64,000 nt of DNA from Candidatus Dormiibacterota bacterium (GCA_963718525.1 OY970355.1:3008001-3072000); one strand, 5' to 3'; counted from the stretch's first letter, positions 48,934-59,269 are shown. Numbers and translations: made by a program. The notes: generated from the letters alone by a model not told the origin.

Positions 48934-51419
48934 GCGACCTCTGGCTGCTCGTGGTTCGCGCCATCGGGGCGCGTCCGCTCAGGGCCATGCTCACCGCCGC
49001 CTCCGTTGCGCTGGGCATCGCCGTCGTGCTCGCTGTGCAGATCGCGATCGCGGGGCTCACCGTCCAGGCGGGTGAGGCGCAGGTGCAGCAAGCAGGCGCG
49101 TCCTCGCTCGATGTCCGCGTCGACGTTGGTTCCGGGCTCGAGCCTGCACAGATCACGACTCTCTCGGACCTTCCTGGCGTCGTTCAGGCTGTGCCGCTCT
49201 ATGAAAAGCAGGTCACTGCCGGCCCGTCGGGAAGCAGCCTCGTGGGTAACGCGGTGACCCTGGTGGGCCTTCAGGACTCCACCGCGGCGCTGCGCAGCGT
49301 CTCTGTGGTGAGCGGGCGGCTCCCGATCCCGGGGAGCACCTCCGAGGTGGCCATCGACCAGGGGTTGAGCACGTCGCTCACCGGCGGGTTCGGCAGCCCG
49401 ATCCGTCTCGGGCAGAGGCTCCAGCTGATCACGGGGACCGGTCCCGACCTCTTCACTGTGGTCGGTTTCACATCGGGAACGAGCGGCGGGCCGTCCTTCA
49501 CCCACAACGCTGTCTTCATCGACGACGCGGCGATGCTCGGCCAGTTCGGCCTCGGTCTGCACACGCCGCTGGTGGCACTGCGCTTCGGGCCCGGTGCCAC
49601 AGTCGGCGCCGTATCCAGCGAGGTCCACGCGGCGTTCGGCCCGGCGGTGACCACCTACGACCCGCGAGCGAGTGCCTCGGCGCCGCTGCAGGATCTTGAG
49701 CCCCTGCTGGTGCTCGCGACCGTCCTCAGCCTGATTGTTGGTGCGGGCGTGACGGCCAACAGCGCTGCGCTGGCTGCGTTCGAGCGGAGGCGTGAGATCG
49801 GCCTGCTTCGTGCCGCCGGTGCCTCGTCACGCCAGGTCTTCCGGCTGTTCGCCGCAGAGGTCGCGACCGTCGCCGCCGCGGGAGTCCCGCTGGGGGTCGC
49901 GGGAGGACTGGTGCTCGGAGCCCTTTTCAACAGCAGCCTCGCGCCCGCCGACCTCGCCACGCCGGCCCTGATGCCCCAGGGAGGACAGGTGGTGGCCGCA
50001 ATCGCAGCCGGACTTGGGGCGTCGCTTGTGGGTGGGCTGCTCCCGCTCTTCGCGGCGGCGCGCCTCCCGATCCTCGACTCGCTCCGTCCGCATCCGATCG
50101 GCGAGCATCAGCGCCCCAGCATGCTGCTGCGCGTCGCCAGCCCGGCCCTCCTCGTCGTGGCGGCCATCTGCTTCCTGAGCAGCGCGAGCGGCGTGGTAGC
50201 CCTCGGTATCGTGACCCTCCTGCTCGGTCTGGTTGTTGCGCTTCCCCTGCTTGCTCCTCTGGTCATCAGGCTGCTCGCCGTCGCCTTCTCGCCGTTCGTC
50301 AGTGGCGCGCGGCCAGGGGCTGCTCACCTGATTCGCGCCAGGAATCGCACCGCGATGACAACGGCCGGTCTCGCGATCGCGGTGGCAACTGCAGTCGGTG
50401 CGAGTGCCCTGACCGCAGGAGCGCTCACGGCGAGCGACAGTTGGGTCTCTCACCTCTTCGCCGGTGACACCCTCGTGACCAGCCCCGTGACTCAGAACGA
50501 TCAGGTTGCCGCCGCAATCAACAGCAGCGCTGGGGTCGCGCAGGCGACAGCGCTTCGCTTTCTCTCGGAGAATGTCGCCGGTGCTTCTGAGGGCGTCACC
50601 GCGATTGACCCCGCCGCCTACAACTCGCTCGGGGGTCTGGATGTCGTCTCCGGCGACCGGACAGCGACGCTCGATGCCCTCGAGAATGGCCCGAGCTTCC
50701 TCGAGCCGGCCGGGCTCGCCGCCGCGACCGGTTGGACAATCGGTTCGCAGCTGCCGGTACAGACGCAGAACGGGATCGTCTACTTCACGGTCGTCGGCAT
50801 GGTCAGCCACTCATTTCCGTCGGGTGACGGAGGCGAGAGCCTCATCATGGCTGATGACCTCGCGCGCACCTACTTCGGCGCGACCGCGGACGGCTTCGAC
50901 GACCTGGTGGTCACGACGCACGGATCGGCCGCCGCGGTCAGCGCCACAGCCGCCAGCTACGGCATGCGCGCGGTGCCGGTGAGCACGATCGCCGGCGACG
51001 CCCGCGACGCGTTGCAGCATTCCGTCGGACTCGTGCTCGCGGTCGCGCTCATCTCGGTGATCATCGCCATGCTGGCCGTTGTGAACACGCTGCTCGTGAA
51101 CGTCCGTCAGGGGACGCGCGAGCTCGCCCTGCTGCGCGCCGTCGGACTCGGCAGCCGCCAGGCGATGCGCCGGGTGCTCACCGAGGCGGGGCTGCTCGCC
51201 GGTGCGGCGACGTTGATCGGTGTCGCGGCCGGGTGTCTCATCGCGGTGCCGATGCTCCAGGCGAGCAGCACCGCGACCTTCGAGCCCGGGTTCGTCTTTC
51301 CATTCGAAACCGTTGTCGTGCTGATCCTCGTCGTCGTGCTGGCGGCCATTGTCGCGACCATGGGTCCGGCTCGCAGAGCCGTGCGAACCTCAGTGCTCAG
51401 CGCGCTGCGTCACGAGTAG
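48930..51419 (+). CDS. FtsX/MacB-family ABC permease (duplicated architecture)
   Basis: ERRREIGLLRAAGA and TRELALLRAVG motifs, two extracytoplasmic domains. Confidence 0.9.
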   Translation: MSDLWLLVVRAIGARPLRAMLTAASVALGIAVVLAVQIAIAGLTVQAGEAQVQQAGASSLDVRVDVGSGLEPAQITTLSDLPGVVQAVPLYEKQVTAGPSGSSLVGNAVTLVGLQDSTAALRSVSVVSGRLPIPGSTSEVAIDQGLSTSLTGGFGSPIRLGQRLQLITGTGPDLFTVVGFTSGTSGGPSFTHNAVFIDDAAMLGQFGLGLHTPLVALRFGPGATVGAVSSEVHAAFGPAVTTYDPRASASAPLQDLEPLLVLATVLSLIVGAGVTANSAALAAFERRREIGLLRAAGASSRQVFRLFAAEVATVAAAGVPLGVAGGLVLGALFNSSLAPADLATPALMPQGGQVVAAIAAGLGASLVGGLLPLFAAARLPILDSLRPHPIGEHQRPSMLLRVASPALLVVAAICFLSSASGVVALGIVTLLLGLVVALPLLAPLVIRLLAVAFSPFVSGARPGAAHLIRARNRTAMTTAGLAIAVATAVGASALTAGALTASDSWVSHLFAGDTLVTSPVTQNDQVAAAINSSAGVAQATALRFLSENVAGASEGVTAIDPAAYNSLGGLDVVSGDRTATLDALENGPSFLEPAGLAAATGWTIGSQLPVQTQNGIVYFTVVGMVSHSFPSGDGGESLIMADDLARTYFGATADGFDDLVVTTHGSAAAVSATAASYGMRAVPVSTIAGDARDALQHSVGLVLAVALISVIIAMLAVVNTLLVNVRQGTRELALLRAVGLGSRQAMRRVLTEAGLLAGAATLIGVAAGCLIAVPMLQASSTATFEPGFVFPFETVVVLILVVVLAAIVATMGPARRAVRTSVLSALRHE

Positions 51420-51423
51420 CCGG

Positions 51424-52047
51424 ATGCGCCCCGTCAGGGGGTGGGGGGTGCGCGGTGCGGCGGTTGCGGTGCTGATCGTGGTTGCCTCGTGCGGCAGCGA
51501 GTCGACGGACGTTTCCACGGCTGACCCGTTGCATGAGCTGATCACCCTCGATCAGCTTGTCGCACCGGGTTTCACCGTGCTGAGCCCGGCCATGCACTTG
51601 GGCGCGGCGACGCTTGCGGGTGGCGACGCGGCCGTGGAATCCGCACTGACGGCAGGCGGCCTTCAATCCGCGGCGAGCGTCGAATTTCAGCGCACCGTCG
51701 ACTTCGGCACCAGCAACGGTCCGATCGACGTCGTCGCGACCGTCGAGCGATTCGCAGGTACCGGCGGGGCGTCAACCGCCTACAGCGCGAGCGTGCGCCG
51801 GCTCGACGCGGTCCAGGGGGCCGTACCAACCTCCACGGGGCCGCTCGGTGACGAGGCCCATTCGATCAGCGTCGTTCGCACCGCGCCGGACGGCCTGCAG
51901 GCGGTGGAGATCACCGTTGTCTGGCGTGTGGCCAACCTTGTCAATATCATCATCGCGCGCGGCCGGTATGGTGGGACGCGGCTCGCTGACGCGCTCGTTC
52001 TGGCCGGCGTACAGACGCAGAACGAATCAGCAATCGGCTCGGCGTAG
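51424..52047 (+). CDS. Putative lipoprotein
   Basis: Signal peptide with lipobox VASC (MRPVRGWGVRGAAVAVLIVVASCGS). Confidence 0.75.
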   Translation: MRPVRGWGVRGAAVAVLIVVASCGSESTDVSTADPLHELITLDQLVAPGFTVLSPAMHLGAATLAGGDAAVESALTAGGLQSAASVEFQRTVDFGTSNGPIDVVATVERFAGTGGASTAYSASVRRLDAVQGAVPTSTGPLGDEAHSISVVRTAPDGLQAVEITVVWRVANLVNIIIARGRYGGTRLADALVLAGVQTQNESAIGSA

Positions 52048-52063
52048 CGACACCACAACCAGC

Positions 52064-52837
52064 TCAGCTCTTGCGCGCTTCCCAGCGGAATCGAAACACG
52101 GAGAGCACGACGGCACCCACGCCCCAGGCGGCCATGATCAGCAGATCGGTGCCGTTGAAGCCGCTCGCGGACTGGTGCGCAGGGTCGAACGCGGTGAACA
52201 TCGCGTTGATGAAATGACGCACCGGGAACCACTCCGCGATCTGCGCAAGGATTGACGTCGACGGCACCGGAAAGAACGTTCCCGAGATGAACACGATCGG
52301 CAGGAAGACACCGTTGACGATCGCCGGTGCCGCCTCCGCGTTGGGGATCGCGATGGTCATCGCCATACCCAGTGCGCAGAACGCGAGTGCTCCGACGCCG
52401 ATCGTCGCCGCCGCGGCGCCGATGTGCATAGGAACGTGAACGCCGTAGACCAGGATCCCGAAGATCGTGGTGAGCACCGCGAGCACGATGCTGACGATGA
52501 TCGATGATCCCACCACGCCTGCGATGAACGCCCACGGCGGCAGCGGCGTGCCCCGCAACCGCTTGAGGATGCCGTTGTCCCGGCGCAGCGAGAGTGTGAT
52601 CGCGATGTTCGTGAAGCACGCGCCCATGACCCCGAAGGCGACCAGGGCTGGGATGTAATAGTCGTCGTACGAGGTCGTCGCGCCCCCGACCTGTACGGTC
52701 TGCCCCTTGAAGAGCGTCGCGAACACGACCAGAAAGATGATCGGGAAGAGGAAAGCGAAGAAGGCGCTTGCGGGATTGCGCCAGAAGGACTTCTGCTCGA
52801 ACCCGACCTGACGTACGGCGATGCCCGCGCTACTCAT
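52064..52837 (-). CDS. ABC-2 type exporter permease
   Basis: About six TM helices, RDNGILKRLRGTPL, FISGTFFP. Confidence 0.92.
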   Translation of the reverse strand: MSSAGIAVRQVGFEQKSFWRNPASAFFAFLFPIIFLVVFATLFKGQTVQVGGATTSYDDYYIPALVAFGVMGACFTNIAITLSLRRDNGILKRLRGTPLPPWAFIAGVVGSSIIVSIVLAVLTTIFGILVYGVHVPMHIGAAAATIGVGALAFCALGMAMTIAIPNAEAAPAIVNGVFLPIVFISGTFFPVPSTSILAQIAEWFPVRHFINAMFTAFDPAHQSASGFNGTDLLIMAAWGVGAVVLSVFRFRWEARKS

Positions 52838-53720
52838 GCTTGGTCAGCTCCAGGTACACGTCTTCGAGGGATGGACGCGTGACCTCGAGGTTGGGCAGCT
52901 CGATTCCATTCGCCACCGCCCAGGTGGTGAGGTCATTCAGGGTGCGGGTCGGATGGGAGGTCTCCAGGATGGCGAGTCCGTCCTCCCATCGCACCGGGAG
53001 AGGCAGCGCCTCGGCGGCGACGCCGTCGGGGAGCTCGAAGCGGATGTGCGTCAACTGCGCGGTCCCCGCCCGCAGGGTTTCCGGGGTGCCCTGAGCGACC
53101 ACCTTGCCCGCTGCGATCACGCAGATGCGGTCGGCAAGGTACTGGGCCTCGTCCATGTAGTGCGTCGTCAGAACGATCGTTTTGCCGAGGGTCCGCATGT
53201 TGCGCACGACCTCCCAGGCGGCACGACGCGCCGACGGGTCGAAACCGGTCGTCGGCTCGTCGAGGAAGATGAGCTCCGGGTCCCCCACCAGGCCGAGCGC
53301 GACGTCGAGGCGGCGCTGCTGGCCCCCAGAGAGCTTGCGGACTCGTTCGCCGGCCTTCTCGGTGAGGCCGACCAGTTCGATGATCTCCGCGGCAGGACGC
53401 GGCGACGGGTAATAGCCTCGGTAGAGCTCGACGAGCTCGATGACCGAGAGCATCGGCGGCACCGCCGCCTCCTGAAGCACCAGCCCCACCCGCTCCCTGA
53501 GCTTGCGGCCGCCCGCCTGTGGGTCGACCCCGAGCACGGTCACCGAGCCTGCGTCTCGTTTCCGGTAGCCCTCGAGGATTTCGATCGTGGTGGTCTTGCC
53601 CGCGCCGTTCGGACCGAGGAGTCCGAAGACCTCACCCTCCTCCACCGTGAAGCTGACCCCGCGAACCGCCTCAAGCGCTCCGTAGGACTTGCGCAAACCG
53701 TCAACGGCTATAGCTGTCAC
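52830..53720 (-). CDS. ABC exporter ATP-binding protein
   Basis: GPNGAGKTT, LSGGQQRR, FLDEPTTG, TTHYMDEA. Confidence 0.95.
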   Translation of the reverse strand: MTAIAVDGLRKSYGALEAVRGVSFTVEEGEVFGLLGPNGAGKTTTIEILEGYRKRDAGSVTVLGVDPQAGGRKLRERVGLVLQEAAVPPMLSVIELVELYRGYYPSPRPAAEIIELVGLTEKAGERVRKLSGGQQRRLDVALGLVGDPELIFLDEPTTGFDPSARRAAWEVVRNMRTLGKTIVLTTHYMDEAQYLADRICVIAAGKVVAQGTPETLRAGTAQLTHIRFELPDGVAAEALPLPVRWEDGLAILETSHPTRTLNDLTTWAVANGIELPNLEVTRPSLEDVYLELTKHE

Positions 53721-53816
53721 GGAAAGTGCTCTCCCCTGTATGACGAGCGGTCACAGAGTCGTTGCGCCATGGTGCCAGAGACCGGGGTCGGCGCCGACCA
53801 CAATTGGCCGCAGCGC

Positions 53817-55373
53817 ATGACCATGACCACAACCAACGTGGAGATCCTGCGCCAGGGATGGCTCGACGCCGCCTCCGCCCTGGCGCCTGGCCTCGACGCT
53901 TTGCCTGAATTCCTGGAGCGCGGCCTGGAAGCCGCGGTCATCGACGAGCGCCTTGACGAGCAGTCACTGCTCCGAGTGGTGACCGACGTGACCGCTGATG
54001 CAGCGCACTCGCTTCCAGCCGAGGAGTTGTACTTCCTGACCCGGCGTCTGCAGCGGGCCGTATACGAATACCTGCTCTCGCTTGACGCGCTTCCGGAGCC
54101 GCCCCATCGCCGCGAGGTCTCCAACGGCCACGCCCCGCAGGACGCGACACTGATCGGTGCCGAGGAGGTGGCGGCGCTCGGGCGCAGCGGTCATGCCAAG
54201 AGCGTCGAGCCCTCCCACGTCGCCACCGTTGCGCCCGAGCACGATCCAGAACCGGCACCCACGGCGGACGCGACCTTCGAGGCGCAGACCGACCCGGACG
54301 CCGCCGCCACTGCCGCGGACCGCGTCGAGGCAGGACTCGCCGAGCTCGACGCGCAGCTGTCGCCGGACGAGCCGGACGTCGCACCCGAAGCAACCGACGA
54401 GCCCGAGACAGAAACGGTGGCCGGCGCAGAGGCGGTACCGGACGGCTCGCCCGAGCCGGCGGCTCGGCCCGCGTTCACCCTCTTCCGGCGAACCGGCGCA
54501 GTCGCAAAGTCCGACAAGGGCGCGCCGTCCAACAACGGCAGCGCGGCCGTCGTACCTGATGCGACCGCGACCAACGGGTCCGGCGCGGCCGAGGACGACG
54601 CGGGCGATGAGGACCCCGAGTCCTTTGTGAAACCAAAGGATGGCTTCCATCTCAGCGACCTCGCGGATTTCGCCGCGGTCCAGCGTTCGGCCGCGACCGC
54701 GACGCCCGCTGGAGACGTGACCCCCGACGCCGAAGCAGTTGAGCCGGTCGCAGCCGGCGAGCCGGAATCGTCGCTGTTCACCGAGTTCGAGTCAGAGTTC
54801 GAGTCCGAGGCTGCACCGGCGGTGCCTGACGCGCCCAACGGCGCCGCGGCCCGCGGCTGGCACCTGCGCGGCGACGACACGGACCAGGCGCTGGAACACG
54901 GCTTGGATGATCCCGGTGACAATCGTTTCGAGACCGACCCGGAGGTCGTCGAGGCCCGCCTCGAGATCAACGATCAACTCCGTCGCCGCCGGTGCGACGA
55001 AGCAGCGGCACTCCTCCAGCGACTTGCCAACGATGTCGGTGGCCGCGCGCTCGCGGAGCTGGCGCTCGATGCCGGGGATCGGTGCCGTGCGCTCGGCAAG
55101 GGCAATGCGGCGCTGAGCTGCTATCTCGCCGCATCGCGCGCAGATCCAGTGCACGAGACTCCGCTGCTTCAACTCGCCGACATCTGCATCGATGACCACG
55201 ATATCGATCTTGCAGTGTCATACCTCGAGCGAGTGACGCGGCTTCGCCGTCTGCGCAATGACGATAAGGGCGCGCTGAAGCTGTACCGAAAGATCGTGAC
55301 CATCGCGCCGTATCGAGACGACATCCTCGCGATGTTGATGCGCGCGCAGGCCAACGGCCGTTTCGACGAATAA
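53817..55373 (+). CDS. Hypothetical protein: N-terminal helical domain, acidic disordered linker, C-terminal TPR domain
   Basis: TPR-like helices (ALDAGDRCRALGKGNAALSCYLAASRADP; ALKLYRKIVTIAP); long A/E/D/P-rich middle; immediately upstream of cpaB. Confidence 0.8.
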   Translation: MTMTTTNVEILRQGWLDAASALAPGLDALPEFLERGLEAAVIDERLDEQSLLRVVTDVTADAAHSLPAEELYFLTRRLQRAVYEYLLSLDALPEPPHRREVSNGHAPQDATLIGAEEVAALGRSGHAKSVEPSHVATVAPEHDPEPAPTADATFEAQTDPDAAATAADRVEAGLAELDAQLSPDEPDVAPEATDEPETETVAGAEAVPDGSPEPAARPAFTLFRRTGAVAKSDKGAPSNNGSAAVVPDATATNGSGAAEDDAGDEDPESFVKPKDGFHLSDLADFAAVQRSAATATPAGDVTPDAEAVEPVAAGEPESSLFTEFESEFESEAAPAVPDAPNGAAARGWHLRGDDTDQALEHGLDDPGDNRFETDPEVVEARLEINDQLRRRRCDEAAALLQRLANDVGGRALAELALDAGDRCRALGKGNAALSCYLAASRADPVHETPLLQLADICIDDHDIDLAVSYLERVTRLRRLRNDDKGALKLYRKIVTIAPYRDDILAMLMRAQANGRFDE

Positions 55374-55577
55374 CGGTTCATGGACAACCTCCGATTCGGT
55401 GCACCGTGCGCAAGCTCGGCCGCTGTGCGATGCGTTTGTTACCGAAAGGCGATGAACGGCAGGGGTGATTCGATCCACACTCGGATGCGGCCGTCATCCA
55501 GCCCAGCATCGCTGTGGTGGATGCACCGAAGCCGTCACAACGTTACCGACCCGAATTGAGACAACCGAGGAGAACAG

Positions 55578-56426
55578 GTGGCCATCCAGGCGAATAAACC
55601 GAACAGCCGAATCTTCCTGCTTCTTGGAGTGGTGCTGGCTGCGGCGGCGGCGGTTGCCGTGCTGCTCCTCGTGCGTTCGAATGCACCCGCGAATGAAGTG
55701 AGCGTTGTCGTGTCCGACACCGCGATTCCAGCCGGCACCACGCTGACGCCTGCCATGGTTGTCGTGACGCAGGTCCCGCTGACAGCGAAGCCAGGCGACG
55801 CATACACCGATCCGGTCGCTGTTGTCGGCAAGGTGACCCAGGTCGCGCTGGCCAACAACACCCCGCTGGTACCAGGCTTCTTCTCGGCGCCGGCGTTGTC
55901 GATCACCTCGAGTGGCTCCGGCACGACCGTGACCGACATCGAGACGCAGATCACCAAGGGGTACGTCGCGGTCGCGATCCCGACGAGTGCGTCGGTTCCC
56001 CCGGGACTGACAAGCCTGCAGCAGAACAACTTCGCCGGTCCGCTGGTGTCGGCCGGTTATTACATCCTGCCCGGCGACCACATCGACATGCTGGTGCAGT
56101 CCACCACCGGAACGCTCGGCCTGCGCTACACCTTCCAGGACCTGGTCGTGCTCCGCGTCGGCAGCTCAGGCACCACGGGGACAGCTTCCCCGGACGTGCT
56201 CATCGTTGAGGTGCCGCGCGCCCAGGCACCGCTGCTCGCCGGCCTCGTCGAGGGCGACGGGCACGAGTTCGTCGTGAAGTACGTCCTTCGGCCCGAGTCC
56301 GAGTGGGGCAAGCTCTCGGCAACCGGCTATACCCCGAACTACGAACCGGCCGGCCCCGTCGGCATCCCAGTGGTGAAGCAGACCATCGTGGGTCCAAGCA
56401 CCCTGGATAGCCTCTTCGGCGGCTGA
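55578..56426 (+). CDS. cpaB: Flp pilus assembly protein CpaB/RcpC (SAF domain)
   Basis: N-terminal TM, SAF-like VVVSDTAIPAGTTLT, GYVAVAIP, YILPGDHIDML, QDLVVLRVG; GAGGAG RBS. Confidence 0.85.
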   Translation: MAIQANKPNSRIFLLLGVVLAAAAAVAVLLLVRSNAPANEVSVVVSDTAIPAGTTLTPAMVVVTQVPLTAKPGDAYTDPVAVVGKVTQVALANNTPLVPGFFSAPALSITSSGSGTTVTDIETQITKGYVAVAIPTSASVPPGLTSLQQNNFAGPLVSAGYYILPGDHIDMLVQSTTGTLGLRYTFQDLVVLRVGSSGTTGTASPDVLIVEVPRAQAPLLAGLVEGDGHEFVVKYVLRPESEWGKLSATGYTPNYEPAGPVGIPVVKQTIVGPSTLDSLFGG

Positions 56427-56431
56427 CAGCA

Positions 56432-57412
56432 GTGACGCCAGCCGCAGTCGTCGCCGCGGCCCTGGCCGCGTCGGCAGTCCTCTCGATCTTCGCCTTCCTC
56501 CTCAGCCGTGGGCAGAACCAGGCTGGGGAGATGGCGAGACGGCTCAACCAGTACGGAGGCGATACGGCGGTCGTGACCGCCCCGCCCCGGGTCAAGACCG
56601 GCAACGCGCTGCGCGACCTGCTTGACGGGCTCACCAACGGCCTCAACCCGCTCCTGTCGCGCACCTCGCACACCGGCAAGCTCGCCGACGACCTGCAGAA
56701 GGCGGACCTCAAGCTGAAGTCGTCGGAGTGGCTCCTCGCCGTCGTCGGCCTGGGCATCCTGGTCGGCCTCCTGGTCGCCCTCCGGTACGGGTCGCCCATC
56801 GCCTTCGTCCCCTGCCCGATCATCGTCTACTTTCTGAGCGGCTTCTTCCTGAGATTCCGGCAGAAGCGGCGCACCCGCGCGTTCAACAACCAGCTCGGTG
56901 ACACGCTGATGCTCCTGAGCAACGCGCTCAAGGCCGGCCACTCGTTCGCGCAGGCGCTGGCCTCGGTCGCGAAGAACGCGAACCCGCCGATCTCGGAAGA
57001 GTTCGCGCGCGCAACCCGTGAAATCGCGCTCGGCATCAACGTCGACGAGGCGCTCAACCACATGGTCACGCGGAACAAGTCCGAGGACTTCGACCTCATG
57101 GTCACCGCCGTGCAGATCCAGCGGGTCGTCGGCGGCAACCTGGCGGAAATCCTCGACACCATCGCGTTCACGATTCGCGAGCGCGTGCGCATCCAGGGTG
57201 AGATCCGAACCCTCACAGCGCAGGCTCGCGCTTCCGGATGGATCATCACGATCCTGCCGATCGCCCTCGCGGGCTTCCTCGCGCTGATCTCTCCCACGTA
57301 CTTCGACCCGATGATCACCGACCCGCTCGGACACATCATGCTGGGCGTGGCGATCTTCTCCATCGCAGTGGGTGCGGTCGCGATCCAGAAGATCGTGAAG
57401 ATCGAGGTCTGA
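56432..57412 (+). CDS. tadB: Tad pilus platform protein TadB (T2SSF)
   Basis: NALKAGHSFAQAL, IQRVVGGNLAEIL, LTAQARASG. Confidence 0.93.
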   Translation: MTPAAVVAAALAASAVLSIFAFLLSRGQNQAGEMARRLNQYGGDTAVVTAPPRVKTGNALRDLLDGLTNGLNPLLSRTSHTGKLADDLQKADLKLKSSEWLLAVVGLGILVGLLVALRYGSPIAFVPCPIIVYFLSGFFLRFRQKRRTRAFNNQLGDTLMLLSNALKAGHSFAQALASVAKNANPPISEEFARATREIALGINVDEALNHMVTRNKSEDFDLMVTAVQIQRVVGGNLAEILDTIAFTIRERVRIQGEIRTLTAQARASGWIITILPIALAGFLALISPTYFDPMITDPLGHIMLGVAIFSIAVGAVAIQKIVKIEV

Positions 57413-57413
57413 C

Positions 57414-58358
57414 GTGAGCCTTCTCGCCATCGGTCTGGCCGCCGCGCTCGGCGGCGGCATCCTGCTCATCGCATTCGGTCTCGCGATGTCCGTCTCGCCG
57501 CGACAGGGTGACCTGCTCGAGGCGCGGCTCGCGCAGTTCGCGGAAGCCGGTCGCGCGCCCGCGACACTCGCCGAGGTCGAGATGTCGCTCCCGCTGTTCG
57601 ACCGGGTCGTCCGCCCCTTCCTCGACAAGATCGGCAATCGCCTGAACCGCAACGCGGGTCAGGGCAGCACCGACGCGCTGCAGGAGAAGTTGAACCTCGC
57701 CGGCCGTCCGTGGGGACTCAACGCCTCCGGCTTCCTCGCGCTCCGGCTGCTGTCGATGCTGCTGTGCGTGGCGGTCGGGTTCGCCCTCGCGCTCTTCGGC
57801 GCGCTCGCCATGCCGCTCTTCGCCGTGGTCCCCGTCGGCGGACTGATCCTCGGGTACCTGGCGCCCCAGATGGTGGTCGCCCGTCGCATCAAGAAACGTC
57901 AGAAGGAGATCCTGCTCGCACTCCCGAGCGCGCTCGACCTGCTGACCATCTCGGTGGAAGCCGGGCTCAGCTTCGACGCCGCCCTGACCAGGGTCGTGGA
58001 CAAATACAACAACGAATTCTCTCGGGAGCTGACCATCATGCTCAACGAGGTCCGGCTCGGTCGCCCGCGGCTCGAGGCCCTCGATGATGTCGGCAAGCGT
58101 TGCAAGGTCGAGGAGCTCAGCAACTTCATCCAGGCGATCATCCAGTCAGAGCAGCTCGGTGTCGGAGTCGCCAACGTCCTACGGATCCAGTCAGAAGAGA
58201 TCCGCCGGAAACGCCGTCAGCGTGCAGAGGAACAGGGCCAGAAGGCCCCGCTCAAAATGCTCTTCCCGATGGTCGGATGCATCTTCCCCACCCTGTTCAT
58301 CGTCCTGCTTGGGCCGGCGGTCATCGAGGTCGCCCACCAGTTCGGCGCGGGCGGCTGA
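57414..58358 (+). CDS. tadC: Tad pilus platform protein TadC (T2SSF)
   Basis: LPSALDLLTISVEAGLSFDAAL, QSEQLG, KMLFPMVGCIFP. Confidence 0.93.
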   Translation: MSLLAIGLAAALGGGILLIAFGLAMSVSPRQGDLLEARLAQFAEAGRAPATLAEVEMSLPLFDRVVRPFLDKIGNRLNRNAGQGSTDALQEKLNLAGRPWGLNASGFLALRLLSMLLCVAVGFALALFGALAMPLFAVVPVGGLILGYLAPQMVVARRIKKRQKEILLALPSALDLLTISVEAGLSFDAALTRVVDKYNNEFSRELTIMLNEVRLGRPRLEALDDVGKRCKVEELSNFIQAIIQSEQLGVGVANVLRIQSEEIRRKRRQRAEEQGQKAPLKMLFPMVGCIFPTLFIVLLGPAVIEVAHQFGAGG

Positions 58359-58380
58359 GCCAGGGAGCTCAAGCAGCGCC

Positions 58381-59208
58381 TCAGGACAGCTGGCGGAGGA
58401 CGCGCTCGAGCTGACGCCGCCGGGCGATGCGCCATCGCGAGCGCAGCGCCGGCACCGACCGGTACACGTCCGGCGCGGATGCGTCGTCTCGCGTCGTCTC
58501 GCGCAGCATCGACGCCACGGTTTCGCGAAGCTCGACAAGGCGCAGCGCGCGGGCGACTTCGAGTGCCGCCGAGATCCGTGCCTCCTCACCCGAGTGCATC
58601 CAGTCCTCGAGTGCGTCGACGAGGCCCTCGCGTCCATCGCCGGCAACGATGCGCGCGTAGTCGGTGAGCTGTTCGGTCAGCGTCGTCACGTTGGATTCGA
58701 AGCGCCGCTCCATGTACGCGAGGATCGCGTCTCGCGCGCTCTGATGGGCCAGCACCGCGATGAGCCCCGGGGCAGTCCGCCCGATCAGCAGCTTCTCGAA
58801 TGGGGAGACCTCGAGATACCCGATGTGGGCTCCTGCGCTCGACACCAGCCACGGGCTGCCGTCACCTCGATAGAGGCAGAGGTTGTCGGGGAGGCCGGGA
58901 TGCTGCCACCCGTACAGTCCCGCCGTGGCCTCCTGGAGCACTGTCACGCTCTCCCGGCTGAGCGCGTATCTCACCAGGCTCCCAGCCGCGGTGATGCTCT
59001 TCGCCTGCTGGAATCGGGCCAGGCTCTCGACGGTCGCCTGTCCCTCGGGATCCATCTCGCTGGAGGGGACCGTCAGGACCGCCGTGGTGCACTGCACGAG
59101 TGCGCACTCGAGGAGGCCCGCATAGTCGGGCCCGGTGGGCTCGTCGAGGAGATCGTAGGTCTTGCGAGCCGAGACGTCACTTCGGGACGTACGCAGGAGC
59201 GGTTGCAC
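58381..59208 (-). CDS. Hypothetical protein, two-domain (alpha/beta N-terminus, HEAT-like C-terminus)
   Basis: 275 aa ORF with LYGWQHPGLPDNLCLYRGDGSPWL motif; codon usage like neighbouring genes. Confidence 0.7.
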   Translation of the reverse strand: MQPLLRTSRSDVSARKTYDLLDEPTGPDYAGLLECALVQCTTAVLTVPSSEMDPEGQATVESLARFQQAKSITAAGSLVRYALSRESVTVLQEATAGLYGWQHPGLPDNLCLYRGDGSPWLVSSAGAHIGYLEVSPFEKLLIGRTAPGLIAVLAHQSARDAILAYMERRFESNVTTLTEQLTDYARIVAGDGREGLVDALEDWMHSGEEARISAALEVARALRLVELRETVASMLRETTRDDASAPDVYRSVPALRSRWRIARRRQLERVLRQLS

Positions 59209-59269
59209 AGAGCAATTCTGTAACGAAATCCCCCGTTCCAGTGAGGCAAACGCGTGTTACGGTCATCCG

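Noticed and set aside
52821-53816. N-terminal 330 aa of the 850-aa ORF 52821-55373
   Set aside because: It is antisense to the ABC ATPase; the real gene most likely starts near 53817
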